DNA from: Paraspadella gotoi
Taxonomy: Eukaryota; Animalia; Chaetognatha
Length of the DNA: 64,000 bases
Direction: 5' to 3'
Assembly (NCBI GenBank): GCA_051294375.1
Contig: CM119263.1
Coordinates: forward strand, 21,309,154-21,373,153
In this document: positions 38,810 through 52,500 of the stretch, piece by piece
How the letters are laid out: each line of letters opens with the position of its first letter
Position numbering within the stretch: position 1 is the stretch's first letter
Notes under the pieces: model-generated
Told to the model about the DNA's origin: nothing
What the model saw: the letters and a program-made list of their open reading frames with translations, nothing else
Database searches by the model: none
Program-made: the position numbers and the translations under genes

Positions 38810-39427
38810 AAACAAGTTTGAGCAAACAATGTCGGATCTGCCCACGATCATTATCGGTAATTAATTAATTAATAATTAAATAATTCAAGTTATTTAATTA
38901 ATTAGGTAATTGATTAATTAATTTGATCCGAAAGCAATGACGACGATGAGAATAATGCCGATAACGATTGATTTGATTTATTGACTTATTAATTAATTAT
39001 TGATTAATTAATTGACTAATTGAATAATTAACTTATTAATTATTTGATTAATTAATATACTTTGCGTTGACATTTAATATAAAAATAAAAAGAAGCATAA
39101 TCAATTAGTGAAACAGGTTTTTTGTTTTTTTCCATTTAAACCCATTTACACCCAAACGATTCCATCGAAACTTGATTTCCAGCTAAATCATACACTTTCC
39201 TACCCACATACAAAATTTCAGGTCAATCGCCCCATCCACTTATGAGCAATTGGTGTTCAAATAGTAAAATATATTTTTTTTGTTTTTTCCATTTAAACTC
39301 ATTTCCACTCAGACGATTCCATCGAAACTTTATATCCAGCTCAATCACACACAAAATTTCATTCCAATCCATCAATCCAATCACGAGTAATTAGTGTTTT
39401 TGTTAAGGTGGGATGGACGGACGGACG

Positions 39428-39462
<35 letters not shown>

Positions 39463-39633
39463 TGACTGACTGTCAGACAGACAGATGGACGGATATCTTT
39501 TTTTGCATAATTTATCATAATTCGATGTTCTGACATGATATAAATGAATGCCTGACAAGATTGAGGGGGCGGACCGACGGACCGACAAAGTTAATTATAG
39601 AATTGGGATCTGCTGATAAGCAGATCCGACTAA
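38810..39633. mobile_element. Family-A HINE-like element (full length)
   Basis: AAACAAGTTTGAGCAAACAATGTCGGATCTGCCC ... GATCTGCTGATAAGCAGATCCGACTAA; reverse orientation relative to 22924-23570. Confidence 0.8.
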
Positions 39634-39636
39634 AAA

Positions 39637-39841
39637 TGACAGTCTGTTGGAACTGATGCCGAACTAAATACCAGGCAAGCATGACTGTAGTCCGCCACTT
39701 CAGGTGGGTGTGACGTCCCGTTACGTTTACAAGCATTGACAGCAAGGGACCGCTTGGAGGAAAGCAAGAATGGTCGCCCTTAGGCCACCGGGGTTGCGCA
39801 GATGCAGTTAGGCGGGTGGCGACAGTAAAAGTGTTGCCACA
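39637..39841 (-). mobile_element. Degraded relative of the family-2 tRNA element (twister core apparently deleted)
   Basis: Minus strand starts TGTGGCAAC + hairpin, A box GGTGGCCTAAGG, TAAACGTAACGG and ACAGACTGTC blocks resembling 25528-25778. Confidence 0.45.
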
Positions 39842-40243
39842 GCACTTTCCAACAATATAACAAAACCAAAAATGAATCCCTAAATTTTAGGCTAAAACGT
39901 TCTTTTTTACGAACCAAGTCGTTCAATAGTATGTATTGCTTTTATGGATTGGATTAAATTTAACCATTAAGTTTTCATAACGATCAAGATAAAAAAAGTG
40001 TTCTTTTGTTTCATTTTAAACTAGTAAAGGCGTTACTTGTTCAACGGTCGAGCACGATGTTGCTTTACATAAACAAAATTTCAGCGAATCTCTCCATGAA
40101 CAAGAAAAATGTCGAAACCATTTTTTGAAAAGTTTATACATTAGGTCATCGAATAGGAATAAATTTGGTTTTTCCCTTTTAATTAGTATTTGTTATTGAC
40201 TCCTAAAACAAACCACAAAAACGCAAGACGCTTTGTTTTGTTT

Positions 40244-40291
<48 letters not shown>

Positions 40292-40452
40292 TAAAAAGTC
40301 GATAACAAATATTAAGAAGTCGATATCCTCGAAGAAGAGATACTTAACGTAGATTATTACGACGTCTCAAAGATAATTTGAAAAAAAGGTATCTGCCTTA
40401 TTTTTGATTTTCGACTGTCACTTAACGATTGTTTTTACAGTAAGAATTCCAC

Positions 40453-40686
40453 TATGGTGGACTAAAATCCACCAACCGTTCGTCAGCGGCCATTGGAGCC
40501 GGAGGCAAGTCATTCGCATCTCAACCCAAAGGTCCGGGGTTCTAGCCCGGTGGTCCCCTTGCAGTTAGGAGGGATGGGGCGCTTAACCCGCCTGTAACGC
40601 GGTGTTACAGCCTGATCCGAAGCTCAATGACTGCTTATATTGAACGGTTCTGTCACTAACACATAACAATAATTACTGTCTCTTCA
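40453..40686 (+). mobile_element. Family-1 tRNA+twister element, copy 4
   Basis: Perfect TSD CCAC|TATGG...CTTCA|CCAC; twister fold 40561-40634 (P4 3' strand mutated to TCAAT). Confidence 0.92.
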
Positions 40687-41803
40687 CCACGTTGTTTTTG
40701 ATTTTTAAGATTTTGATATGGATATGGTCTTTAGACTGATAGTTGTGCTTGCAGCACGTCTAGAGAAATCACTGTTGAGTCATACCCATATCTTTTATGT
40801 TATCAATTCAATTGATACATCTAACTCGATACTGCAGTGATATTTAATTAATGGTAAGCTTGTATCTTTTCTATAAACATGAAAATAGCTAAAAATGATA
40901 ATTTTCCATATTCCACATAGATTTATTGAAATATGCGTTTGGTAGGACAACGACATAATAGCATAAGATGCACAAATTTTTTTATGAATACATTTTTAAT
41001 GAAAAATTTCAACCAAAATGATTAAAAAGTTTTTTAAAGGAATAATGAAAATGGTGATACTTAAAAATTCAATTAAAAAAGTGAAGCAGAAAAACATCAA
41101 ATCAAATACCAAAAAAATCTTAAATACACCTCATATGAACCTAAGTCTACTAGAACAAATTTGGAGGAATCAAAAACAGTACATGGAATAAATATTTTTT
41201 TTCCGGGACTCGAAGGTGTTTGGGAATTCATTTGATATCCCGGATGTTAGTGCGAGCGAAACAATATTGTGATGCTGCGAAGCACCTCTACATGACACTT
41301 TTAAGCAATCATTTTGCAGCATCTAGGTTCACTGGTTGATGTTTACGAACTAAAAGATATTCAGAATAGAGAAAACGTACGTATAGTAAAAACTCTTTTT
41401 ACAACGAATACATTTCAAAAACTACGTATAAAAGACTAGCACGAAATAGTTGGTTCAGAGTCATGATATTGTAGTATTATTTCTCTGAGCCGGATTTTTT
41501 CTTTTTTTTCGTTTAAACGACATTTTATGATTGCACCTTCCCTGATTGTTTAATTGTAACCCATGTAGCAGCCTACAATGCTTTGAAATGAATTAAAAAC
41601 TATACGTTATTTTCGTTTTTAGAATTATCGTAGCAGTAAAAAAAAATCACTAAACTGTCGTGATTCTCTCTATGAATTCGGTATTAAACGATTTTTATTC
41701 AAAAAGAAAAATATTTTTATCATTTTAACATAGAAGCAAAAGTAGATAAAAAATATAACCAAATGGTGAGGGCAAAAAACGAAAGAAATTCAATTAACAC
41801 AAC

Positions 41804-41811
41804 TACCCGTA
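41804..41811 (-). promoter_or_regulatory. miR-100/miR-51-family 8mer target site in the inferred hb 3'UTR
   Basis: Minus strand UACGGGUA. Confidence 0.5.
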
Positions 41812-41958
41812 ATTCGCACATCAAAGCTTTTTTTAGTAGTCATTTCGTAAATTATTTCCAGATTTAATCGTCTGGAAAGTCATCAACATAACAAATTCTC
41901 TCTTATGTATTGCGTGATTCAACCACCAAGTTTTGCACTGGCTATGGGATATCAGAGA

Positions 41959-42092
<134 letters not shown>

Positions 42093-42107
42093 AATAAAAC
42101 CGATAAT

Positions 42108-42130
42108 TGAGGTAGTTAGATTGAAATCGT
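42108..42130 (-). promoter_or_regulatory. let-7 complementary site (8mer + 3' pairing) in the inferred hb 3'UTR
   Basis: Plus strand TGAGGTAGTTAGATTGAAATCGT versus let-7 UGAGGUAGUAGGUUGUAUAGUU. Confidence 0.65.
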
Positions 42131-42399
42131 CGACTTTCGTCGTGAAGTTATTTACTATTACAAAATGTAATTTTAACTATCATTAGAAAAAAAAGAAATA
42201 AAAAACAAATATTTCAACTGATGAAAATAAAAATTATTTATCTTTTGACGATTCCGTATTTACAAAAATACAGCGGATAGTCCAGGACGCTATTTAGTTA
42301 ATGGGTAAAAAATAGTTATTTAAAAATCCATTATTCAGAAAATTCCAGCCGAGAGAGAGAGAAAGAAAGAAATAGAGAAAGAGAGAGAGAAAGAGAGAA

Positions 42400-42458
<59 letters not shown>

Positions 42459-42778
42459 ACGTTGTGGTTTGAATCGGAGTATCATCATAATCAATGATGG
42501 GCAACAAAAAAAAGAAATTTCTTGTACAACGGAAATAGCGTAACAAGATGACTTAGAAAAGGGTTGCGTTTTATTTAGAGATGTTGTATGTACACGTATT
42601 CATACAATTTTATTTAATCGAAATATATGCATGATGACAAAACCCAAAAGGTTTTTTTTTGCCAGCGCGTCAAGTTTTTTATCCGATTTTCGGTTACAAG
42701 TTTATGGAACCGTCACTACAAAAATCACCGAATAAATCAAACAAGCAATCGATCAATCAAAAAACAAGAATATCATGC

Positions 42779-42787
42779 TCCCTGAGA
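42779..42787 (-). promoter_or_regulatory. miR-125/lin-4 8mer (9-nt) target site in the inferred hb 3'UTR
   Basis: Plus strand TCCCTGAGA = nt 1-9 of miR-125/lin-4. Confidence 0.6.
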
Positions 42788-43971
42788 AGCCGGTTAGGCT
42801 TTTACCAATGTTTGTTTTTGCGTGAGTGAGAGAGAGAGAGATAAACGGGTAAAGTAGTAATTAGATACAAACTATGAACAGGGTATGTGTTTGAATGTAA
42901 GGGGGGAATGAAGGGAGTCTGGGTAAGGAAGAAGGAGATAAAGAAGATTGAAATTGAGGTGAGGGCGGTAAACGATTATTTTTGTCTCAAGTCTGAGATC
43001 CATTTATTACCAAAGGTTATTATGATTTGATTGGCGTAGCGACATATAGTTTATGTAAGTTTAAATATAAAAAAAATCGAATTGGAAGGTGCAATGTTTA
43101 AGTTTATGCATGTTAATGTTTTTGTTTTTTTTTTGAGCGGGAGACGAAGAATCATGTCGTGTGACAGGGATGAAAAATCATTAAATAAGCGAATGGGGAA
43201 AATGGGTCTGGTGCTCAGCGGGTGAAAAAAAAAGAACAATGCGATCAACAAATGCGCTTATGAGAAATAAAAAAAACATAATGGTAAAGAGATGCTATCT
43301 GTCAACAATTTACCTGATTAAAACCAGTACCTGATTTGCCTTTTTTCATTTTCCTCGGCTTTGAGACGATAAAATCTCTCGACCTCGGAATACCGATTCT
43401 TTCATATATATTGATAATCTATTTTTATCAATACATTTTCGTTTGCAAATATCTCCGTAGATGTCGTCGTAACTTGCTTTTTACCCGGAGTGGGGGAGGG
43501 GAGGTGGGGAAAAGAGATACTCTGACATCTACGTTTCCTCGTACCAAACATCGAAAAACCAACTACCGAATATAAGACGTTTCTAAATATATAAGATCGT
43601 CGGAATTTTAAAACTATACATTATAATCCGTTACTTTTCGTTTATTTATATGTATAGTAGGTATTTAAGAAATGATCGTCACACGAAAATAAATTGTAAA
43701 AAAAAAGAATGTAGGGAAATGAAAACCGGCGGCTAACTACCGAAGACTACTGCTACTAAATTACTCAATAATAAGCGAGAGCTTTTCGTGTTTTGTGATA
43801 AATGTCAATAATAAAACCGCGATATATCGATGACATCTTTCGTATGTCTCCTTAGTCCAATGATGAAATGGGAGAAAATATATGCTTCACTCGCAAACTT
43901 TTTTTTACTCGATGCGCTAACAACAGAATTTCATTGAAAAGCGGGACAACTACGTTTTTCGTAAGAGGTCG

Positions 43972-44090
<119 letters not shown>

Positions 44091-44923
44091 CGAATGGTTT
44101 GGGTAAGCGATTCGATAGAGACTTTGTAATAATTCGGAGTAAAAATTCTAAATTTAACTTGAATAAAAATTCTAAAAGTAAGGAATGAACAACATTATAC
44201 TAATGAACATTTATGTATAAAAAATTTTATAATAAATTTTACAATTTACGCAGCAGGCCATATTTATACTAATACTAATCAAATTAAATGTTAAAATTTC
44301 AAAATAGTTTTTTGTAAGATTTTTTTACAGATTTGGATTCGTCATGAAAAGTTGTTGATTAAAAATTGTTCCAATAAGTTGATCAAATATAATAAAAACC
44401 TAACCTAAAATATAAAATATAATAAAAACCTAACCTAACCTGAAAATTAAAATTTTATATATTAAATATATTTTTTTAAATTTTTAACCCACTTAATGAA
44501 AACAATTTTAAAAATGATTTATATTTTCTTCTATCAACTTTTGACGAGGAATTCAAATCTGCAATCAAAATTAAGAAAACCCTATTTTGAAATTTTTAGA
44601 TTTTATAAGGATAGTACTATATATAAATATAGCCTACTGCAAAAATTGAAGAACATAAATAAATTTTTTTTACAAATTAATATTCACTGATGGTATGTTG
44701 TTCATAATTGACATTTAGAATTTTCCTCAGTATGTAACTTTCACTACGCTCTAAATGGAGAGTCTTAATTGACAGAAGTTGAGGAGGGTAAGGACTTTTT
44801 TTGGAGTGGTGAGGTTGAGACGCGGTCTTGGGTGGAGGATGGGGTTTGTGATTGGAGGGAATTTGTTTCTTTGTGATTTCCATTTTATTACCCGATACCG
44901 AAGTGAAATTTCTGCCGTGAGAA

Positions 44924-45044
<121 letters not shown>

Positions 45045-45048
45045 GACT

Positions 45049-48000
45049 TCATCGATGCGCCACCCTCGCAATGTGCAGAAAGAAGGAGACCTTATCGCCG
45101 AGCGAGTCTCCGCACATGTTGCAATGGAACGGATCTTGGAACCCGTGATAGCCCATGTGCATTGTGTACATGACGCAATCCCGGAACGCGATGTCGCAAT
45201 GGGGGCACTCGAAGAAGTCGCCCTTCTTGTCGGCTCCCTTGGCCGACTCGGGAATGTCGGGCGTGGCCTCAGGAGCGGCCGAGACGGGCCGGTCTTCGGC
45301 GGGCGAACCGGGCACAGCGCTGCCGGAGGTTGGCGGTGATGGCGCCGATACGGTGCCAGTCTCGGGCGAGTCGGACTTTATCTGGTCGTACCGCTTAATG
45401 ATAGACGATTTTCGCTTGTTAGATCCGCCGAGGCGTGGGGAGCTGGAGTGCGGACCGGGGCTGCCGTCCGAATCGCCGCTCCCACCTCCACTGCCACCGC
45501 CGCTGCGGGGCGAATTTGTCTCTTCCCAGCTTCCAACTGGGCTGCTGACAGCGCCATCTTCCACGGGGGGCGCGCCGGTTGCGGCTTCCTTCTCCCGGCG
45601 CCAGCGCCGATCCCCGTTCTCACTATTCAAGTCGGCCGTGTGTAGGCAATCCAAGCCCTCTGTCGGCGGCGCCGCTTTAGCTGACGCCGGCGACGCCGCC
45701 TCAACGCCTTCCTCGACGGCGCCGTCATCGTCGTCGTCCGATGCGCCGCCGCTGCGCTGCTGCAGCCTGGCGCTGATCTGTTCCAGCTTGAAGGCGGGAC
45801 CTTTGCGGGGCCGCTTCTTGGGCGGGCCGCTCGATGCCGACCCACCGGCGTCTGATTGGGGGCTCATATCTCGATCGCTCTCGACGCCGCGGGAGAGATC
45901 GAGGGCGCAAGGGGTGGCGCCGGAATCGGGGGGAGCTTCGACGCGCGGACTTCCGGCGGCGCTTGCGACGCTGGCTGCGCTGCGGGGGCGTGAAGAGGGC
46001 GATCGAGTTTCGGGCGACGTAGATCGTGGGCGTTTTGGCTCCACGTTGCGATCCGAGGGAGAACGAGCCGGGGCGGGAGAGGGCTGAAAAGTGGAAGGAA
46101 GAAAGTGGACTCAATCAATCATTCAATCAATCAATAAGTTATCAATGAGCAATTTATTTTGAAACAAATTAATCACAAAAATTAAATTATGGAATTTAAA
46201 AAGTCATCGCCTTACCGCGTTCGCCCTCTGCTGAATTCCTTGTCCGTGAGCCGCCGCGGCCGCTGCGTAGGCCGCCTGGGCCTGCAGCGCCTGCGCTAGC
46301 AGCGCCGGGTTCGGCTGGATGCCTGCCGCCGCGGCGAACATAAGCTGCTGTTGCAGGTGCTGCTGAATCTGCAGCAGCCCGCCTGGGGAGAGCATTTTCG
46401 AGTCATTTGCTCCCGTCGGGTGTCCCGGTCGACGCGAGTTCTGCGGCGGAGCTCCCGAGTGCGGCGGAAGATGCGGAGGTACGCCGCCGTGCAGAGCCGC
46501 GACGGAGCGGGGCGGCAGCGGCGGAGATCCGCCGTTGTGGATCATTTTTCGCGCGTCTTCGGGCGAACGGGAGTGGCCGTTGCTGTGGAGAGGAGCGATG
46601 CCGCCGCCGACGCCCCCGCCGGCGTTAAAGGGTCGGCCGCCGCCGGCGTTTTCCGTGTACTTCGCGATGACTTGAGACAAAACTTCGGTTTGATTTCGTT
46701 CGCCGAAAACGCTGGCGCCTTCCGGAGTCGGCTGAAAGTGAATCGATCTTATTAATTATTACCTTACATTGATTGTTATTAACGAAGGTGGCTATTGATT
46801 AGTGTCGAGAAATTGGCAATGAAGGTGGATGACTGAGAAAAATCTAGAAATGTCTGGAAGGAAAGAAAAAAAATAAAAAAAGATCAATAGATCGACCAAC
46901 CTTCGGCCCCATCGCCATTTGATGCTTTTCGGGCACCAAGTGCCGCGCCAGGCTGCGGTGCCTGGTAGCTTCCGTCGCAGCGCCCCCGGGGCCGCCACCG
47001 ACTGGCGGCTTCTGTTCGGACAGAGACTCGGACGAGATGCCGTACAGGCTGCACAGGTCCTTGTTGTTCTCCGCCGCGTGGACGAGCATGTGCTTGGCCA
47101 GGAGATCCTTGGTAGGGGCGTTGAACTCGCAAAGATTGCACCTTGCCGGAGAACCTGGGGAAGAAGGGAGTTGAATTTTTGAGCAAGCACAAGCACGAGA
47201 AATAGGCAAAAGGTTCTTGAAAAATTATTTGTTTTTCTAGTCAAGATGTGAATTTCGTATTCAATGAACTCAGCCCAAATTTTAACAAAAATAACTAATT
47301 CCAACGGAAATTATAAAAATAATCAAAACAATCAAAAAATAAACAAAACAAACTCTTACCATTGACGCTGGCCGCGGGCGAACGGGGTCTCGCCCCGTTA
47401 TGGAACCGGAAATCGCTCTCTCCGCCTCGCGACGGCGATTGGCGTTCGCGGGACGGATCGCGCGTCGTCGAGGAATGATGAGGGTGTTGCGGAGCGTCAC
47501 GCGGTGTCGATTCGCGCGCGAGGGGATCGCGTAACGCGGCGTCGCGCGACGTCGGGGTCGATGGGTCGCGGGACGAAGGGTCGAGGCCATCTCCGCGGGG
47601 GGAGTGGGGCTGTAGGGGAAGTAATGAATAGAATGAATGAATGAATAAAGGAATGAATGAATGGCTACAAAAAAGGATGAATGTACTACAGAATGGTATA
47701 ATTTCTTACCCTGTGCGAAGGTGGGACTTGCGGTTGGCCGTTAATGAGCAGAGGATTGACGCCCTGCGACGCTGCGATGTGATGCTGCCAAAATGCTGCG
47801 GCCGCTGCTGCTCCGGGATGCTGTTCTCCGGGAGGAGGGAGGGGAATGCCCTGTAAAGTAAAGAGAGAGAATATATTGCTAAATACTCAAATAAAATTAC
47901 AATTACAATTACAAACAAAAAAGTAAGTATTTTACAATAATTGACAAAAAATGTTCTTTTTCTCACGGGAAGTCCAAGCATGTCGAGTCTCTTTCTCGGT

Positions 48001-51000
48001 CCTCCCGCTCCTCCTCCTCCTCCTCCTCCTCCTCCTCCTTTGATCCCGGGACCGGGTGCTCCTCTCGGCGAACCGGGTCCGGACGCCACCGGGGACAGCG
48101 GGCCGCCGGGAAATCCCGGCGGTGAGCCATGTCCCGGTGATCCCGGCATTCCCGGTAAGTGCGAGGAGAGTTCCGGCGGCAGCGGCTGCGGATTTCCGGC
48201 CGAATTCAACATCGTCGCCGGTTTGTGGTTGTACTTCCGGAGATGCAGTTTCAACGAGTGGCAATACTTGGTGGCGTAAGTGCAATCCGAGCATCTGCAA
48301 GGTCAAGATGTGAGTTTTGTTGAGATTGAGGAACTGGAACTAGTCTTGAGAGGACTATATTTCTACAATAATCCTTAAAAAAAAAAAATTAAATTAAAAT
48401 AATTGCTAAACCATAAAATAAGTAACGAAAAATTAAAAAAAAAAACTTAAAAAAAAGAAACGTTTTAAAATGTTACATTATGCAAATGAGGATATGGCAA
48501 TCTGAAAAATAGAATCTTCAAATTACGAATAAGGGTATTTTTGTGGACAAAACTATTAAACGGATCAAAGCAAAAAAATCGCACCTGTACTGATAGATGT
48601 TGGAATGCGATTTGAGGTGCGAGCGCAACATGGAGAGATTGACGCAAGAATAGTTGCACTTGGAGCACTTGAAGGGTTTGGAGCCGAAGTGGTTGCGAAG
48701 GTGGTACTCAAGGTGATGCTTGTATTCCGTCACGAAAGGGCACTTGGGGCAGGCCAACAGCTTCTCAGGCTGAGAGAGAAAAGGGATAAGGGTTAATCAC
48801 GATGTCGATGAGAGATAATTCGGGAAAAAATATTTCAAAGGAGAAAAGATGAATGCTCACGCTCTCTTCTTCTCTTCGCTACCCTTACCACCTTGATGTG
48901 AACTCGCGAATGCTCCCAAAACGAAATCTTGGTTTGTCCCACAAAGGAACACTGCTTACATCTGAAGACTTTGGGACGACCCGAGGCCGTCGTGGCGATT
49001 TGAGACGCCTGAGTTTCGAAAACAAATTCATTGATTCTCTCGCTTCTTTTTCTCTTGCCTGCTTCTTGGCTTAGATTTATTTAATTTTTAAATTACTGTA
49101 TTGCTTTTAGTTTTATAAACATTATAGAAAAATCCTTGAAGTTTGAATTATATCAATAAAACATAAAAATCAGATGGTGCAAGTATTTGTTGACGAGAAT
49201 AATTTAGTAGCTACTCTTTAAAAAAAAAACTATAAAAAATTTAAAAAAAACGAGTTAAAAAATTAATGTAGATCATTGGCTTTCGCCTTTTGCCTATAGC
49301 AATATTTCACCTGTTGCAAAAACAGATCCTCTTCCGGCGCCACCGACTGAGAGGCCGCAGCCGCCTGCAACGCCTGCAGTGATGGAATGGAGGAGAGCCT
49401 GTCCGAACCGGAGCCGGACGAAGCCACTCCGGGCGAGACGGCGCCGTCCATCGGCGGGCCGGGGGAACCTGGCGGCATTGTCGGGTCGTGATGACCTCCG
49501 AATCGTTCCATGGGGTCAAGGTCGTCGTCTTCGTCTTCGTCCATGGGGAAATCGTCTGCGAAAACAAGTGAGGGGAAATGTTTGGAAAAACGGTGGCCAG
49601 TGGCCACGCCCTTTTTCTCTTTTTCTCGCCATTTCGCGACCCAATTTTTTCGATCGTCGCCGTCGATGATCTTTCGACTTTTTCCAGATTTCGTCAGAAA
49701 TAATCGTCGCCATTCGGAAAGAACCGCGTCTCTGCGGAAAGGTCACCAATGGAGATGAAGATTGCAGATGGAAGCGTTTTCGTTTGCGTTCTTTTTTCGG
49801 GAGTCTGTTCTTTCGTTAGTTTCCGTCACTTCAGAGTTTAGTTTGTTCGTTTGTTTGATTGTTCGTTTGTTTCTTCATTAGTATAAACAACAATATAGAG
49901 TAAACAATTAACAATATACCTTTCAACGTCATTCTATCAGAAAGATTTTGATAGACTTTTTCGGACCAGTCTTTTCACCTTTCTCGTCGCTTATTCTTTC
50001 TACACTATCTCCAACAATTCCCTTCCTCCGTTAACTTTGTCCCTTTTCAAACTTACCCGGTCTCATCTTGTTCGGATGAAAGTGTTGAATGTGATTCTTG
50101 AGCCGCTCGGACGAGGTGGTCGAGTAATCGCAGAGCGGACACTTTTCGTTGTAGTGAGTCGCTACGTGTTCATGAATCGCGGCGAGGGAAGCGTCGGCGA
50201 ACGGACAAGAGTTGCAAACGTACATGCGACGTCCGTCTCTGTCCGTCTCCACGCGTGCAGCGCCGCCGAGATCGGGCTCAGAACCGGCGCCGGACGGGCG
50301 TCGATCGGCGGCGTCGCGGACAGCGTCGTCGCCGGCGTCGGAGATGGGAGAATGACGCCCGTCGTAAGGGCGACCGCCGCCGGAGGGCGTCCGGACGCGA
50401 TCCGGCTCAATGGCGTCCACTTCTCTTTTGGGGAGGAACTTCTTTTCGACGCCGACGGCGTCTGAGGCGACGCCGTTGTCGTCGAATGACGCCGCCTCCC
50501 CCGGATCTTCGGTCTTGGTACGAACCGGCATCATCTCGGTCGTTTCCGCCCTCGGTACGCGCCCTTCCAACATCTGAGCAACAATTCGGTTTTTGAGGCT
50601 TTTGAGAACCGGGCGGTTATTGGCCGACGCCTGGCCGACAGACTCGGCGTCGGCCGGCAGAGGAGACGACGCGGATCGAGTCGGCGATGGCGGCTGATGA
50701 CCCTGAAGCTGCTTCTGCTGCTGCTGGTCTAGATACTGCGCCATGCTGTGATGCATCTGGGAGAGGAACGCGTGCTGCGCGTCCTTGTGAGCAAAATGGG
50801 GTGAGATGGGGGACGGCGCGGATTTGGAGGGCGGTCCGGGATAAAAGGGCGGCTGCTGCGATGGCAGCGGAGGCTGTTGCTGATACCGTTGATGCAGTTG
50901 ATTGAAGAAAGACTCGGAGTTGCCTTCCCTCGACCCGTGGCTCAGCGGAGAGAGCGGCGGCGGCTGGATGAAAGATCGTTGGGTGGGATTGAGCGGCTGC

Positions 51001-52383
51001 GTCGTCGGCGCAGCGGCTGCGGCGTCGGCGGCCGCGCCGGACGAATACGATTCGGAGACGGCGACGGCGGAGCGGGACGCCGAGGCGTTGAGAAATGGCG
51101 TCGACATGGCCTCTGACGACGGCGCCTTTTGCGGCGACGTGAAGGGAGGCCAGCCCAACGCCGGCGCCGTCTTTGCCGCCACGGCCCCGGCCATCGCTGC
51201 GAACGCCGGTTGTGGCGCCCGAGACTGTGGCTGCCGAGCGAGGCTCTCCGTGCAGAAGCTCGATCCCTGAGGTGAGGTTGCGCAGACGCCGTTCACAGCG
51301 TCGAGCAAAGCTACGAAGTGAGTGGGGGGAAAAGATAGGAAGAAGGAAAGAAGGAGGAAAAAGGAGGGAGAAGGGAAAGAGAGAGAGAAGGAAAGAGAAA
51401 TGAAATTTAAATTAACGATCGTCTTTCCATCTTTTTTTTCCTTCCATGTTTCAAAGAGTTCCAGACTAAATATTATAATATGGCTCAAAGACCTGATCTA
51501 AAAAGTTTACGCCATTCCTATCCCACATTATTCTCCCATAATCTCCACAAAAAATTCACAATAAAACTTTCACTATTCCTCCCTCACACTCACCAGAATT
51601 TTGAGAGGGCGCGCTTCTCGTCGCCGCCTTCGTCGCCGTCTCCAAGGACATCATGGCGGCGGCGGCGTTGTAACGGTCGGCGGCTTCGGCGGCCTGCAGT
51701 TGCTGCTGCTGATGATGATTGTGAGGCTGCTGTTGCTGTTGCTGCGTCGGCTGATGCGGAGGTGGCGGCGGATGAGATCGAGCTGAGGTCGGGGGCGGGG
51801 ATTTGCTAAAGTCGTGCGGACTGAGGAGATGTTGCTGCGTACGAGCGGACGAAGGAGTTGAGGCTGAATGGTTAGAATGAAGTAGCGGTTGTTGTTGTTG
51901 CTGCTGGGTCAGCGGGGGCGCTGTCGAGTAAGCGGTGGGGGTTACGGGTTTGACTGAGGGGGAAACGGAGGAAGGACCAGAAGAGACAAAGCTGGCTTCC
52001 GGTCCGGCGGAGAAAGTGCCGGAAAATGAGGAGGGGGAAGAGGAGGAGGAGTTTGAGTTGGGCGAGGGTTGTTTGAGGTGAGGCTGGGTCGGCAGCTGAT
52101 TGCCGCTTCCGCCGCTTCCGCCGCTGGATTTTTGCGTCGGTAGCGTCGACTGAGCCTGATTGTTGGGCGAGGATTGAGAGGCGAAATGCGTCGGCATTGA
52201 CGGCGACGTCAACGGACCGGCGCCGGGAGAAACACCGCCCACGCCGCCGCCGCCGCTGCTGGAGCCGAAGCCGAGATTGGCGACGCCGTCTTGAGAACCG
52301 TTGGGCGTGGCGGCCGAGGCGGATCCGAAGGCCGCCGCCATGGCGGACGAGCTCGTCCCGTGCTGAGTCTCAACGTGAAGCAT
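45049..52383 (-). CDS. hb: Hunchback C2H2 zinc-finger transcription factor, 11 coding exons, ~1704 aa, 9 fingers (2 N-terminal, 4 middle, 1 extra, 2 C-terminal)
   Basis: Exons 52383-51594, 51310-50057, 49555-49311, 49008-48892(or 48889), 48769-48585, 48294-47967, 47850-47710, 47609-47360, 47154-46901, 46731-46216, 46083-45049; all phase-consistent. Diagnostic [62 protein letters not shown] and RKGPAFKL motifs, C-terminal [37 protein letters not shown]. Confidence 0.97.
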
Positions 52384-52500
52384 GATCGAATGTTGCCGGA
52401 ATGTTGTGGAAAATGCTACGGAGGTTATGTTTGCGCTTTGCTTTGACTGTTTCTCGCTTTCTTTCTTGCGATGTCAATATACAGACCCGTTACGAGTTTT

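Noticed and set aside
42104-42186. Plus-strand let-7 precursor hairpin
   Set aside because: A partial stem with AATTTTAACTATC exists, but the 3' half departs from the ultraconserved let-7 sequence and the seed start is bulged; a target site is more parsimonious
45155-46087. 310-aa plus-strand ORF (and similar ORFs at 21030-21942 and 50037-51270)
   Set aside because: Antisense shadows of GC-rich hb or anoctamin exons with no independent motifs
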